Shown: positions 25,090 through 37,719 of the stretch, one piece after another
Layout: the number at the start of each line of letters is the position of its first letter
How positions within the stretch are numbered: the first letter of the stretch is position 1
Virus record (IMG/VR): IMGVR_UViG_3300024999_000038
Coordinates: 64,001-128,000 of that record
DNA from: a virus
DNA: 64,000 nucleotides
Strand: one strand, 5' to 3'
Position numbers and translations under genes: made by a program
Notes under the pieces: model-generated
Databases searched by the model: none
What the model saw: only the letters and a program-made list of their open reading frames with translations
What the model was told of the DNA's origin: nothing

Positions 25090-25509
25090 ATGAGAGAAAT
25101 TAGGTTTCGTGGTAAGTGTGTAGACGATAATGAATGGGCGTATGGAGATTATTATTCATCTGATGAAATGCCAATGAGGGGAGAAATAGGGCATTTTATT
25201 AAGTGTGGATTAAATGAAGAGTATAGAGTTATCCCTGAAACTATTGGTCAATATATTGAACTTCATGATAAAAACAAAAAGTGGATTTATGACGGCGACA
25301 TTCTAGAAAGAGAAGGTTATTGGTCTATAAGAATTGAGTATAAAGAAGGAACATTTTGGATTCGTGATTTAGATAAGGTGCGTTATAATAATAGGATACT
25401 AAATACACCTATAGCATTGTTTACAACTCTTAACGAATATGAAGTGATTGGTAATATTTTTGAGAATCCAGAGTTATTAGAAGAGGGAGATGAATTAAAT
25501 GAAAACTAA
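25090..25509 (+). CDS. YopX family protein
   Basis: MREIRFRGK...TIGQY..LHDKNKKWIYDGDIL...EVIGNIFENPELL. Confidence 0.9.
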   Translation: MREIRFRGKCVDDNEWAYGDYYSSDEMPMRGEIGHFIKCGLNEEYRVIPETIGQYIELHDKNKKWIYDGDILEREGYWSIRIEYKEGTFWIRDLDKVRYNNRILNTPIALFTTLNEYEVIGNIFENPELLEEGDELNEN

Positions 25510-26143
25510 ACCATATTTGAACTATTTTAAATATGTCCTAGAACACAAAAAGAATGTCTTTAAAACTTGTTGGAAAAGAAAGTTATATCTCCACGCCATT
25601 ACACATGATTTAAGTAAATTTAGTCCTAAAGAATTTATGCCTTATGCAGAATGGTTTTACGGATATCATGGTGTAAAACTAGAAAAGGAATATAATAAAG
25701 AACAACTTAATAATGGAATGTCATGTTTAAGTAGAAATTATTTAGAGTGTAAAAGCAATTTTGATAAAGCATGGGAGCATCATTACAATAATAATCCTCA
25801 TCATTGGGACTACTGGTTGGACGAGAAGGGGATTCCTAAACCAATCTCTTATGATTATCTGCAACAAATGTTAGCAGATTGGGAGGGGATGAGTTTAAAA
25901 TTTGGTGGAACTGCACAGGAGTATTATTTAAATAATTATCATAAAATTAAATTAGAAAGGGATACAAGAATAAATTTAGAAATGTTGTTAGGTTTAAATA
26001 ATAGTTTAGCACATAATTATGGTCATACATTAATAGAATTTGCAAATAAATACGATAAAAGTGATTATAATATGATTTTTAGGTTTATTAAAGATAGGTA
26101 TGAAATTGATACATATGAATTGTTAAGAAATAAAATCCAATAA
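25499..26143 (+). CDS. DUF5662-like HD-type protein
   Basis: HKKNV...HDLSKF..E...AWEHHYNNNPHHWDYW...MLADW. Confidence 0.7.
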   Translation: MKTKPYLNYFKYVLEHKKNVFKTCWKRKLYLHAITHDLSKFSPKEFMPYAEWFYGYHGVKLEKEYNKEQLNNGMSCLSRNYLECKSNFDKAWEHHYNNNPHHWDYWLDEKGIPKPISYDYLQQMLADWEGMSLKFGGTAQEYYLNNYHKIKLERDTRINLEMLLGLNNSLAHNYGHTLIEFANKYDKSDYNMIFRFIKDRYEIDTYELLRNKIQ

Positions 26144-26180
26144 AACCCAGATTTTATCTTATGAAGAGAGGAAAATTTAA

Positions 26181-26378
26181 ATGAAAAAGGTTAAAAAGAA
26201 TTGGATATATGAATTAGAACGTGGTGATATGATTTCAAAAGGTGAATTGGGAGCGTCTTATGAATTTATGGGGATGAATGATGAAGGTTTATATATGTTA
26301 TGCGGTATGCCTTTTGGATACTATAGAGAAACTATGGAGACGTTTAAATTACTACGCAAGAAAAATGCGGTACAATGA
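26181..26378 (+). CDS. Hypothetical protein, paralog of the 20715 N-terminal domain
   Basis: Direct alignment to 20715-21128; flanked on both sides by junction palindromes (cores at 26142 and 26377). Confidence 0.7.
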   Translation: MKKVKKNWIYELERGDMISKGELGASYEFMGMNDEGLYMLCGMPFGYYRETMETFKLLRKKNAVQ

Positions 26379-26450
26379 AAACCTTATTTGATGTGCCCAT
26401 GGTATAAATATAAAAAGTAAATAAAAGAAAGAAAGAAAGAAGGAATAGTT

Positions 26451-27401
26451 ATATATACAGCAGTAGATTTTTTCTGTGGTATGGGTGGTGTTTCTAAAGG
26501 ATTAGAGGATGCAGGTTTTAAAGTTTTAAAAGGGTATGATATGTGGGAAAATGCACTTAAAACTCATAAACAAAATCTGCAAAATATTGATGTAGAAAAT
26601 ATTGATATTACAAAATTGGAAATCGAGGATATCCCAGATGCAGATTTATACCATTTTAGTCCACCATGTCAATCTTTTAGTACAAGTGGTAAAAAGGAAG
26701 GAGCTAAAAGTGATAAAGGTCAATTAATATATGAAACAGTTAGGATTTTAAAAGGCAAAAACCCAAAGGCATTCACATTTGAAAATGTAAAAGGATTAAC
26801 CTTAAAAAATAATAGGAGCGATTTCGATAAATTAATAAGTATATATGAAAATATTGGTTATGTATGTTCGTGGAAAGTAATTAATGCTTATGATTATGGA
26901 GTAGTTCAAAGCAGAGAAAGGTTAATTTTGGTTGGTATAAGAAAGGATTTAGATGTAGCTTATGAATTTCCAGATAAAATTCCTAATAATAAAACAATAA
27001 AAGATGTTATAAAAAATATAAAAAACAATAAAGGTGTATTAAAACACAAACCTGAAACAGTAGAAAAAATAAAACATGTTCCATATGGAGGTTCTATTTT
27101 AGATATTCCATCCGAAATAAGACCTAAAGCGTTTGGCAATGCTTATGTTAGATTAAAATGGAATGAAATACCTCCAACTATTACTAGAAATTATAATTGT
27201 CCATGTAGTGCAAATTGTATTCATCCAGAAGAACATAGGGCGTTAAGTGATACAGAAGCATTGCTTATACAAGGGTTTGATGAGGAGTGGGAGGTATTAG
27301 GAACAGGTAAGGATTTACAGATAGGCAACGCATTACCACCACAAATAATGAAGGTTATAGGGAAAAGTCTAATACATATTTTGGATATGAAAAATAAATA
27401 A
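26451..27401 (+). CDS. Orphan C5-cytosine DNA methyltransferase (probable ATA start)
   Basis: Motif I YTAVDFFCGMGG begins upstream of the tracked Met; motifs SPPCQ, ENV, QSRER and IGNA present; no cognate restriction endonuclease adjacent. Confidence 0.92.
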   Translation: MYTAVDFFCGMGGVSKGLEDAGFKVLKGYDMWENALKTHKQNLQNIDVENIDITKLEIEDIPDADLYHFSPPCQSFSTSGKKEGAKSDKGQLIYETVRILKGKNPKAFTFENVKGLTLKNNRSDFDKLISIYENIGYVCSWKVINAYDYGVVQSRERLILVGIRKDLDVAYEFPDKIPNNKTIKDVIKNIKNNKGVLKHKPETVEKIKHVPYGGSILDIPSEIRPKAFGNAYVRLKWNEIPPTITRNYNCPCSANCIHPEEHRALSDTEALLIQGFDEEWEVLGTGKDLQIGNALPPQIMKVIGKSLIHILDMKNK

Positions 27402-27769
27402 TTCTTGTACAATCAAATTAATAATCTATTTAGTACATAAGAAGTTAAAAATAATTAATCTTTAGGGTATTGCAATTAAGAGCGATACCCTATATAATTG
27501 ATATAGAAAGTAAATTAATGGTGGTGGTATATGTGAAAGGAATAGGATTTTATAAATACCGAAACGAATTAATATTACTTAATGAAAATGATAAGTGGTG
27601 GATAACAAATTATTTTGATATTGAATTTGATAGTATAGAAAAAGCCAAGAATCACATTGACAAACATTTAGGTGGTTGGTCTGGTAAATGTATGCCTCAA
27701 AGATGGTTGAAGGATGAAGCGTTAAAGGAATATTATGAGGGAAGAAAGTATTTTTGAGGAGGAATAAAA

Positions 27770-28369
27770 ATGCGGAAGAGAGTAATGAATAAACATATTT
27801 TAAAAGATAACTTAAAAATTAAAAAAGAATTTGTTAATTCACAAGAAGTGAAATTATTAAATATGTCTGATATCTTATTGGTTGAACCAATACATATTAA
27901 TGCAAATTGTGATATGTCTGAGTCAATTGAAAGATTTAAAAGTAAAAATTTAATACAATTAAACGTCCCTATTGTTGTTAAGGAAGAATTGGATGGCAAA
28001 TATTCATTAGTAATTGGGTATAGTGGTTACATGATAGCAAAATCATTAGGATTTACTGAAGTTCCATGTATTATAACCAGTGAAAAACGAACGGATTTGA
28101 ACTATAAATTAGGTTTTAAAAGTCAGATACCGATTAATGGATCTATAGCAGATAACTATTTATCAATTGATAAGATTACTATTCCCAAACGAATTGTAAA
28201 TGTAAACGAAGAAAAGATTAATAAGTGTATTGAATACTATAATAAGAATGGATATTTTAAGAAGCCTATACTTATTCGAAAAAATGGAGTATGTGTAGAT
28301 GGGTTTTCAATACTAATTGCTGCCCAGAGATTGAAATTGGATAAAGTTGAAGTTGAAATTAAGGTATAA
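27770..28369 (+). CDS. Protein with two degenerate ParB/Srx-like N-terminal domains
   Basis: PIVV...YSLVIGYSGYMIAKSLG...VPC and KPILI...VCVDGFSILIAAQRL. Confidence 0.55.
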   Translation: MRKRVMNKHILKDNLKIKKEFVNSQEVKLLNMSDILLVEPIHINANCDMSESIERFKSKNLIQLNVPIVVKEELDGKYSLVIGYSGYMIAKSLGFTEVPCIITSEKRTDLNYKLGFKSQIPINGSIADNYLSIDKITIPKRIVNVNEEKINKCIEYYNKNGYFKKPILIRKNGVCVDGFSILIAAQRLKLDKVEVEIKV

Positions 28370-31300
28370 AATGTTGCGTTTAAAGTAAGTTAAAAAGGAG
28401 ATATTATTATGAATTTACTCAAAGTTTCACTTTCTGAATCATTACAAGAAGAATTGAATAAGGAAATTATTTTCTCATTAAAGGATTTAGGTTTCAAAAT
28501 AGATAAAGAGATTAATTGGAAAGGTGCTATTTTGCTTTGTCACAAGACAAAACAGGGAATTATAAATATCAGGCAATGGGAAGAACAATTCCAAAAATAT
28601 GCCTGTTGGAGATTCACAAAAAAGAAAGAATTAAGTTTTGATAAGTATGAAGAAGGAGGAAAGTAAAAATGAACAGTGAAAATATGATAGTAAATCTTAA
28701 TAATGAGGATATAGTGGGATTATGTAATGATATTTACGATTGGGAGAAGGGCAATGGCGATCTGAATAATGATAGTAAATTAAGAAAGTTATTTTTAAAT
28801 CATCGAAACATTTTTCGTGATATTTACCATCTTAAAGATTTAATATTATTTGAGGCACATGAAAGGTTTCATAAAGTTGCTAGAATATTGATTATAAATA
28901 ATCCTAGAATGTTTATTAAGTAGATAGTGCCAAGAAATGATGTTTTTATCTTATTATGAAAGGAGTGAATAATATAAATGAAATATTCAAGAGCTAAAGT
29001 AGGAGACAAAGTAAGTTTTACTTTATGGGAACAGCGTTCAGGATGGATGGAAAATCCTAAAACCCCACCTTATTATGGTGTGATAATGCGTAAATACAAA
29101 AATTATTTAGGAACATTTTATGATGTGAAAAGAGATATAGATGGCAATGTTATAAAATTACTTGGTTGTGATTTTCAAAAGGTATAGAATCTTGCTTTTA
29201 AGTTATTTAAGGAGGAGAAAATTTAATGGATTGTATTTATAAGTTGGGGCTATCAGTAAATATGTTTGGAAAGAAAACACGTTATTCTTTTACCGTATTG
29301 AGATGTAATGTAAAAAGTCAAACAAAAGATAATGTTATTCTTCATGATAGCAGAAGAATTAAAAAAGAGAATCTAGATAAAATTATTGATGGATTTTTAA
29401 CTAATAGTTCAAGGAATATAAATTATGTAATTTGGACATTTGATTTATCTAAACAAGAACTTTATAAAAAGCAATTAGTAGGAAAAATAACTTTTCAAAT
29501 AGAGAAATATAAACAAGAATTAATAGATTTAGAACAAGCAATGTTGTCTGAGCCGCAATTTACAGAATTAGATAGAGAATAGTATCCTACGAAAGAAGGG
29601 TTTCTTAGGATTTAGATTGGAGGGGATTAAAAATGGAATATATTAATTGGGAATGTAAAGATTGTGGATGGCAATGGGTAGGAGATAGAACAGATGCATG
29701 GTGTCCTTGTTGTGATGAGAATAATATTTTCTCTCCTAGTCATATAATTGAAGAATGAAGGAGAAATTTAAAATGATAGAGAAACAAATTATGATTCCTA
29801 AAACAGTTTATGAAACAAGTGATGGGCAACAATTTGAAAAAGACTATGATGCAGAAAAGTGGGAGTGTAAACTATATTTTAAAAATAATATGGAAAATAG
29901 ATATCGGGATGTTATGGAAATCGGATACTGTGTGCTTAATTCCAAAGAAGAAACTGAAATTTTAGAAACATTATCTAGGAATGGTTATATTAAAAAGGGA
30001 TTTTATAGTCATTATTTAAATGATGAAATTAAATTTCCTATTATGGTTAAATTTAAAGAAGAATTTGGGCGGTCAGCCGTAATAGCAACGAAAAATGATT
30101 ATGATAGATTTAAAGATATGGCAGAAAGATTTCAAACGCTTTGCAAGATGTACGAGTCAGTAAATTAACTATAGGAGAAGGGTATGATGGCAAATTGATC
30201 ATAATTAACGATGGTTCATTATCGGAGATATATTTTGATTATGGTGAAATGATATATACTAAATTCCAAAAAGGGAGTTACATTGAATATATTCCTTTTG
30301 GAAAATTTATGTCGTTTAAATGCTCTAAATATTGTATTGATTTGGTTAACGAAAATGGAGAGGCGATGCCATTGGATTTATGTTATAGATTTGTCGAATA
30401 AAGAGAAAGGTTGTTGAAATTTATGACAAAAGATGATTCATTAAGAATTCTACATAAATGCATTAAAGAATTAAATAATATGAGTCAAAAAGAATTTGAT
30501 CAAAAAATGTTGCAACAAGGAGCGTTCTTTGATGAATACTCATATGAGGAAGATGGTTTTAGTTTAGTATTATCTCATGAACATATTCCTAATAAATAGC
30601 ATTGAAAGGAGTTTTGTGATAATATGGAAACGATTAAACTTTCACAGCTAAATACAGATACAACCATTGCGTATGGTAGTAAAAATATTTTAGCATGTGC
30701 GGAAAGATTGTTCTATGATATTTATGAAGGGAAAAGAAAAAGAAAAGCTATTGCAATTATTGGTGATAAAAACTATGAAGTAGAATATGATATAAATCTA
30801 GAACAGATTAAAAAGGTTATAATTTGTTGTAATCACAATAAAGAAGTTGATAAGGATGCCAGCAGATGCCAGTTCGGTTGTGATGATTATTTAGAGGATA
30901 AGGAATTTGAAGGTAGTTGTTTGGAAATAAGACATTTATTAATTTAAATACAGTGAAAGGCAGAGGTTATAAGTTATGGCAATTTGCGGATATTGTAATA
31001 AAGATATGTCAAAAGTTAATTCGTGTGTTGAGGTTGCAATTACAATCAACAAAGAAGTGTATAAACCAATACCTTATGGTCAAGAAACAAGAATTAATTG
31101 GGAATCTGAAAGATGTCATGATTGTAATATTGAACAAGGTGGATTACATCATCCAGGTTGCGATGTAGAAGAATGTCCTGTATGTCATGGTCAATTAATT
31201 TCTTGTGGATGTATAGATGATGAGGAGAAAGAAGAAATTGACTAGAAAAAGTGTAAAAGAAGCTGTTTAGGAAAGGAGGTATTAGGTATGGAAAGCTATC

Positions 31301-31601
31301 CTGAGAAATTAGTTCAAACTGTAATTGAATACTTAGAAGAAACCAAAGGAGCAAAGATATTTCATTATGACTCATACACTGGGACACCTTACAAAGACAA
31401 GTCTATTACAGATACTACTTATCGTATTTATGTTTTATATGGTAATTTATTTGAAGTTTTTAGTTATACTATAAATTCTAAACCAGAATGGAATTTTGAT
31501 GAAGTATCAGTTAGTTCTATGATTGCTTGGGAAATTAAAGAGTGTTATGAGAAGTCAGGTTGGCCTTGGAGTTAATTTGAGGGAATGGCAGGTGGTTTAA
31601 A

Positions 31602-31787
31602 TTGTTTGATGAAGATAATTATATGACGGTTACAGAAGCATCTAAAGCAATAGGTAAAACAAAACAAGAAACACTTGAACTTATTGAAAAGTATCAAATT
31701 AGGAAGTTTAAAGCGTTTCCTAATGATACTAGATTTTTGGTTTCAATGAAAGATGTTAATTTAATTTTAATGAGAAAAAGTCGTTAA
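31602..31787 (+). CDS. Excisionase-like HTH protein
   Basis: YMTVTEASKAIGKT...LI...IRK...RFLV pattern. Confidence 0.55.
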   Translation: MFDEDNYMTVTEASKAIGKTKQETLELIEKYQIRKFKAFPNDTRFLVSMKDVNLILMRKSR

Positions 31788-32983
31788 AACAAAAGTTTGA
31801 AAGGATTATGATATGGGTTGGGAAGAAAGAGAAAAGCAAGAAATTACTAATCTAATATTTGATATATCTATGATATTAATATTTTGTATATTATTTGTTT
31901 TTGTTGTTATAACCCTATGAATCGAGAGTTTTATGCTAGTTATGGTTATGAAAAACGTAGTAAATCGAAGAATTAGCGAGCATGAGAGAGGTGGATTTTT
32001 ATGGATGAAAAATTAACGCACTTAGAAAATCTTGCTTTGGCTTTAATGCAACAAAGTGAACCAAAAGAGACTTTACCAATGACAAAAGATTGCAAGTATT
32101 GTACACATTACTCCGAAGTTAAATGTTATGCAGGTGGTTTTAAATTAAACCAAGATAAAATCATTGACGAGTGTTATTATTCAAAAGGTAAACGTAGAAC
32201 CATTGAATCTTTACATCCAATGATAGATTCAGGTGAATTAGGGGTATTTGAGTTTGAAAATATAGAACTTACTGAGAATGAAAAAGTGATTGAAGAATTA
32301 AGAGAAGATGCATTAAAAAAGTTATTTCAAAGTTTAGGGGTTAGTTTGGCAGATATAATTGGAGAAAATAGAATAAAGGAGGGAATATAATGGATATTAA
32401 TTATTTGAAACATCTTAGAAAAATTTATGAAAATTATTCGAATATTAACGGAAAAGAAATAAAAATAATGTGGAATATTATTGGAAGATATGTTGGAGAA
32501 ATAGAAAGTGGTGAAATTGATTATAGTGCTTTTGGAAAATATGTTGGAAATATAATAAATGAAGCTAATATAAAATAGATATTTTATCCTAGTTTGAAGC
32601 TAGAGACTCAAAGCATTTAAGAGCATGAGAAAGTATGGAGGAGGTTAAAATTATGGAACAAAAGGAATTACATATCTGGATGGGTACACCTGATTTAAAT
32701 AGTAGAGATGTGTTATTTACCACCTTTGATGAAACGGATACAGCATTACAAAATGGTCATAATAGAGTAAATACAGTACAACCTCATTTTTGTAGCACAG
32801 AATGGATAGTAAGAGGGTATCGAGTATTTATTCATATGCTAGATGGTAAAGTGGTTGAAATGAAACTAGGTTACATTGGTAATTGTGGTAGAGAAGTTAA
32901 GATTTCTACTGCTCTTGAGAAAATGATGTTATCCAATTGTTTTGGGAAAGCGACTAGGGATTATGATAAAGGAGCGAATTAAT

Positions 32984-33520
32984 ATGAGCGATAACCATAA
33001 AAACAAAATTTTCATGATTTCAGATCCACATTTCCATCATGAAAACATTATCAAATATGAGAGCAGACCATTTGAAAATGCTGAACAAATGACTAAAACA
33101 ATTATTAAAAATTGGAATAAAGTTGTTCATAGAGATGATGAAGTTTTCTGTTTAGGGGATGTTTGCTTTAAAAATAAAGAAATTACAACAGAAATTGTTC
33201 AGCAATTAAATGGAATCAAAACATTAATCTTAGGAAATCATGATAGATCAAAATCAGTAACTTGGTGGAAAAGTGTAGGATTTCAAGAGGTGAGTAAATA
33301 TCCTATTATTGTTGGTGATTTTTATATTCTATCACATGAACCAATTTATTTGACTGAAGCAATGCCTTATGCAAATATTCATGGACATATTCATCATCTG
33401 AAATATGAAGGTGAACAACATTTTAATGTTAGTGTTGAGTGTATTGATTATACTCCTATGGATTTTGAGGATATTAAGAAGGAAATTTTTATTAGAAATA
33501 TGGAGGAGGAAAAGGAATGA
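32984..33520 (+). CDS. Calcineurin-like metallophosphoesterase
   Basis: ISDPHF, LGDV, GNHD, HEP, HGHIH motifs; ATG 32984 follows AAGGAG. Confidence 0.9.
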   Translation: MSDNHKNKIFMISDPHFHHENIIKYESRPFENAEQMTKTIIKNWNKVVHRDDEVFCLGDVCFKNKEITTEIVQQLNGIKTLILGNHDRSKSVTWWKSVGFQEVSKYPIIVGDFYILSHEPIYLTEAMPYANIHGHIHHLKYEGEQHFNVSVECIDYTPMDFEDIKKEIFIRNMEEEKE

Positions 33521-33968
33521 AAGATATGACACTTACACAAGCACCTGAATTGACTGAGGAAGAATTAGAAATGGTAGAAGAAGATCAAGTAAAGGTGATC
33601 AGAGGAAAATGTTATTTTGTTTTTGAAAATGGAAAGATCAAAAGTTACTGTAAAGATTTTGATGAGTATGAAAAGGAAATGCTTAAAAACGAATATACTA
33701 TCTATGATTTAATAGATGGGAAAAGTTTCGCAGAATCATTAAAATACAATGGGTTTACTGATTATGATGGAAGTTTGTGTGAAATATTTGTTAATGACTA
33801 TGTTACCAATCTTGGTATTTGGAGCAATAATTTTCATCAAGGAGAAGGATTTTATGTAAGTCTTAAAGACTTTAAAAAACTATGTGGTCAATACAAAGTT
33901 GAAATTAATTGGGCAAACAAGTAATCCCTCGAATAACGCATTTGATGTTTAAGTGAGGAGAATGGTTG

Positions 33969-34155
33969 ATGGATTTCAAAGGTAAAGATAAAACCTATAT
34001 TGACGAATGGGTTAGAACGATGTTACCTAATCTTGATTTATCAGCATATGAAAGATTAGGATATCTAAGGGGATATTTCAGGATACAAAGGGAAGTTGGA
34101 TGGGTATTTTCAAGAACAGTATGAGCAATTGATTGATATTTTGACTAAGCAATAA
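33969..34155 (+). pseudogene. Probably frameshifted small gene
   Basis: MDFKGKDK...LRGY continues in another frame as GYKGKLDGYFQEQYEQLIDILTKQ*, whose stop overlaps a junction palindrome at 34154. Confidence 0.4.
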
Positions 34156-34864
34156 AACAAACACTTGGAATTTAGTAGTAGAAAAATCATGTAAATGGAA
34201 GTATAATAGAGCATGAGCGAGGTGTAAAATCATGCAAGATATTATCAACGCTATTAAAATTTCAAATAATCCTAATGAAGTGAAGCAAATGTTAAAAGCA
34301 TTGAAAATTAAAGAAGTGATTAAAATAGCAAATGGTCTGAATGTTTATATCAGAGGAAATGAGAACAAAACTGAAGTAATTAGTAATATTATTTTAGGGA
34401 TTATTAAAGAAACTTGAAGGAATGATTAAATGAATATTGATTACTCAAAGTTCACGCTAAAATGTGGTGGAAACGGTTACAATGATTGTGGTCAAAATGA
34501 AAAACAAAGATGCTGTGTGGCGTGTGATAAATATGAAGAGTGTGTTAAAAAAGGTTGGACTTGCTTTCCTTTAAAAGATTTATTTAATAATGATCCACTG
34601 GAATGTCCTGCATTGTATTTGAAAATTGAACGATAAATCATAATAGTAGTAGGAGGTTTAATTAAATGAAAACAGATATATCTCAAGTAGGCATGTGGTG
34701 GAAATGGAATGAGCATTGTGATAATTGTGGTAGAAAGATTAGAGACTATGATGAATTTTCTTCAAGTGCTGAACCGGATGTGGATAAAGAAGATTATTGT
34801 TTGGATTGCATGAGAAAGAAATTAGATGGTGTTGTTGAATTATAAAATAAATATTTGTAAAGTG

Positions 34865-34893
34865 TTGATTTTATAATTTGTATATGATAGAAT
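34865..34893 (+). promoter_or_regulatory. SigA-type promoter
   Basis: TTGATT-17-TAGAAT with extended TG. Confidence 0.5.
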
Positions 34894-35373
34894 ATGGGTA
34901 AGAAGAATTTGAGGAGGAGATTTATTATGGAAAAGAAAATGGTAAGATTCACTATGACAATCGTTAGGGATATAGAGGTAGATTTAGCCGATTATCAAAA
35001 TATGGGTAGTGAAAAACATCCAGAATCACCATGTAAAACTATTGAGGACGCATCTGAATTTAATATGGAATGTGACAAAGAAGATCCATTTGCTTTTATT
35101 GATGATAAAGATACTAAAATTGAAATGAAATATGAGATATTACCAGAATAGAAAGGTGGAAGATAAAATGTCGGAAAGTATTAAACCTGAATGTCAACTA
35201 TCTGGAATTAATGGAAATGTATTTAACATAATTGGAACAGTTTCAAAAGCATTAAGAAATGCAGGATTGAGAGATAAAGCAGTTGAATTTTCTGATAGAG
35301 CTGTGCAACAAGAAAGTTATGATGCTGTGTTGAGATTGTGTTTTGAATATGTTGATGTTTGTTAGAAAGTCAA

Positions 35374-35442
35374 ATCCTGAAACCATTGGTACATAATGGT
35401 TTCAGGATACATAATATGGCATAAATGACGTAATTGAATGTA
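35374..35442. repeat. Composite site, copy 4 (perfect 14-bp inverted arms)
   Basis: ATCCTGAAACCATT-ggtacat-AATGGTTTCAGGAT, then TGGCAT-AAAT-gacgta-ATTG-AATGTA. Confidence 0.75.
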
Positions 35443-37657
35443 ATTTAAGGAGGAGGAAAATACATGAAAGACAAACTATTAAACACATTCTCAACTGAAA
35501 GTAATGGAGAAATCATTAGAATCAATATTCTAGAAACAGACAAAGGTATTGTCTTTGATATTGTCGGTAAGTCAATGGATGTTTTTATTAATGGAGAAGA
35601 ATTTTACAGCAAATATGATAAGGAAGAATACAAATATATTCCATCTCATTTAAGAAGTTTTGTTGAAGAAAATATATGTTCTTGTGGAGACGGTTTAGTA
35701 AAAGAGGGATCTGAAGTTCAGTGTGATCTATTATTAGAAGGAAAAGAGTATTTCTTAAAGATTCCAACCAAAAAAGCAAAGAAAAATACTTTGACATTAA
35801 CTGATTGGCTCATTAATTATGAAATGTTAGTAGATGATGGTAAGATTACAGATAAGGAAAAAGAGAAGTTAAAATATAAAGAATTTTTAGATTTAGTAAA
35901 AGGTTTTGGATATGAAATGAAAGTTAGTCATGGTGGTAACGATTATGATAACTGGTATAATTTAGTAATTCCCATTAATGATTTTGATTTAGACAAAATT
36001 AAGAAATGTTTGAAATTGTGGCAAGAATATAACCAATATTTAATTGACAACTATTTAGATGGGAAGTATTAGAGAAGGGAGATTTGGATGATGGATGTTC
36101 CAAAAATGTCTAAGAAAGAATTAGAAGAGTTAAGTAAATTGGTTGAATTGCAAAAACAACTATTGAAAGATGAAGAAGTAAACAAATTAAAAGAGAAAGC
36201 AAAAGTAAAAATTGAAAAACTCAGAGAACAAAAAGATTTGATCCTTAGTTTAATTGATCATAGCAGAACTTCTTGTAGTGATTCAAATGTTTGTAATGGA
36301 TATGACTCTGCTGATTATGGTGCTAGGTGTACGAAATGTCATTTGATTGAATTATTTGATCAAGAATGGTCTGATGGTGAGTGGGAAATTGATTTTCATG
36401 TTACAATAACTAAGGTGCAATAATCCTTCGAATCGTGAATTTTCTGGGAAAGGGAGTGAAAAAATGTTAAGAGGTTGTGAATTAGATCATCTTAATAAGA
36501 ATAATTATGTTTATATCGGAGGAAGTTATGACGGTTTTGTATGTGTTGCAAAAGAATTGTGGTATGCTTTATTAAATAGTGAAGAAAATCAAAAATTAAT
36601 CAAATCAATGAAAAACAAAGCCGAGTAAAATTAAGTTTTAATTGAAAGGGAGTAGTACATATGAATTTATTAGGTGTAACTGTAAATATTTCTGCTGAAA
36701 AATTGAGAGTAGAGATATCTAGGAATGAAATCATTAAAGAAACTGACAAATCATTTAAAATGAAGAATACTAATGATTTGCTTTTTAGATGTTTAACTCT
36801 CATACCAAAAGATATTATTGGCAAGATTCAAAAAGGACATTACGGCGATCATGTTAACAGTTTTGAAAGAACTGTATGGGTTATAGAGAATGACAACGTA
36901 ACCGAACAATCTTTGATAGAAAGACTTAAAGGAGAAATAAGAAAAGAGTTGGATATTAGGAAAAATCATCTTGACAAAATGATAAGCAATATCAACAAAG
37001 AAATGGAGGATTAAATATGCAAGTAGGGGACAATATTTATCTAAAACCAACCAACAACGCAGCTAGACGAACTTCTGAAATTAGAGAATGGAAAATCAAA
37101 TCTGTTGGAAGAAAATATTTTGAAGCATGGGATGGAGAACGGGATCATTCTGCTATGAAGTTTTATATTGAAGGTTTTAAACAAGTTACAAAATATTCTC
37201 CAGATTGGGTTGTATACTTTTCTAAACAAGAAATCTTAGATGAAAATGAATTTTATAAACTCTTTAATGATATCAGAATATTTTTTGGAGGTTATAGCAA
37301 ACCGAAATTAACATTAGAACAATTAAGGAATATTAAAAAGATCATTGATAGCGAATGAAATTATTCATTTATGGTACTAGAAAGGATTGATAAAATTGTA
37401 CAAACCAATTCCATTTATACAATTTTTTAAAACAAAAAGAGTTATAGAAATTGCTGATTTGATAGTTACTAAAATTGAATCGTCTGAACAATATTATATT
37501 CATAAATTTAGATATAGTAATTATTATAGAATTGGAGATATTATTAGTAAAAAGGAATTTGAAGTTATTTTATCTAAGGCTAAGAATCCAATTGTATTAA
37601 GTGATATTTACATTGATTTAGAACTGAAATAGTTTTCGTATAATTCAAATATAATTA

Positions 37658-37686
37658 TTGTATTCTATCTAACAACATGATACAAT
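37658..37686 (+). promoter_or_regulatory. SigA-type promoter of uvsE
   Basis: TTGTAT-17-TACAAT with extended TG. Confidence 0.55.
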
Positions 37687-37719
37687 AATTATATTAAGGT
37701 TATTAGGAGGAATACATAA

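Noticed and set aside
32595-32624. Possible sixth accessory palindrome (TGAAGCTAGA...AGCATTTAAG)
   Set aside because: Poor arm match, and it does not keep the 20-bp spacing to the neighbouring junction site.
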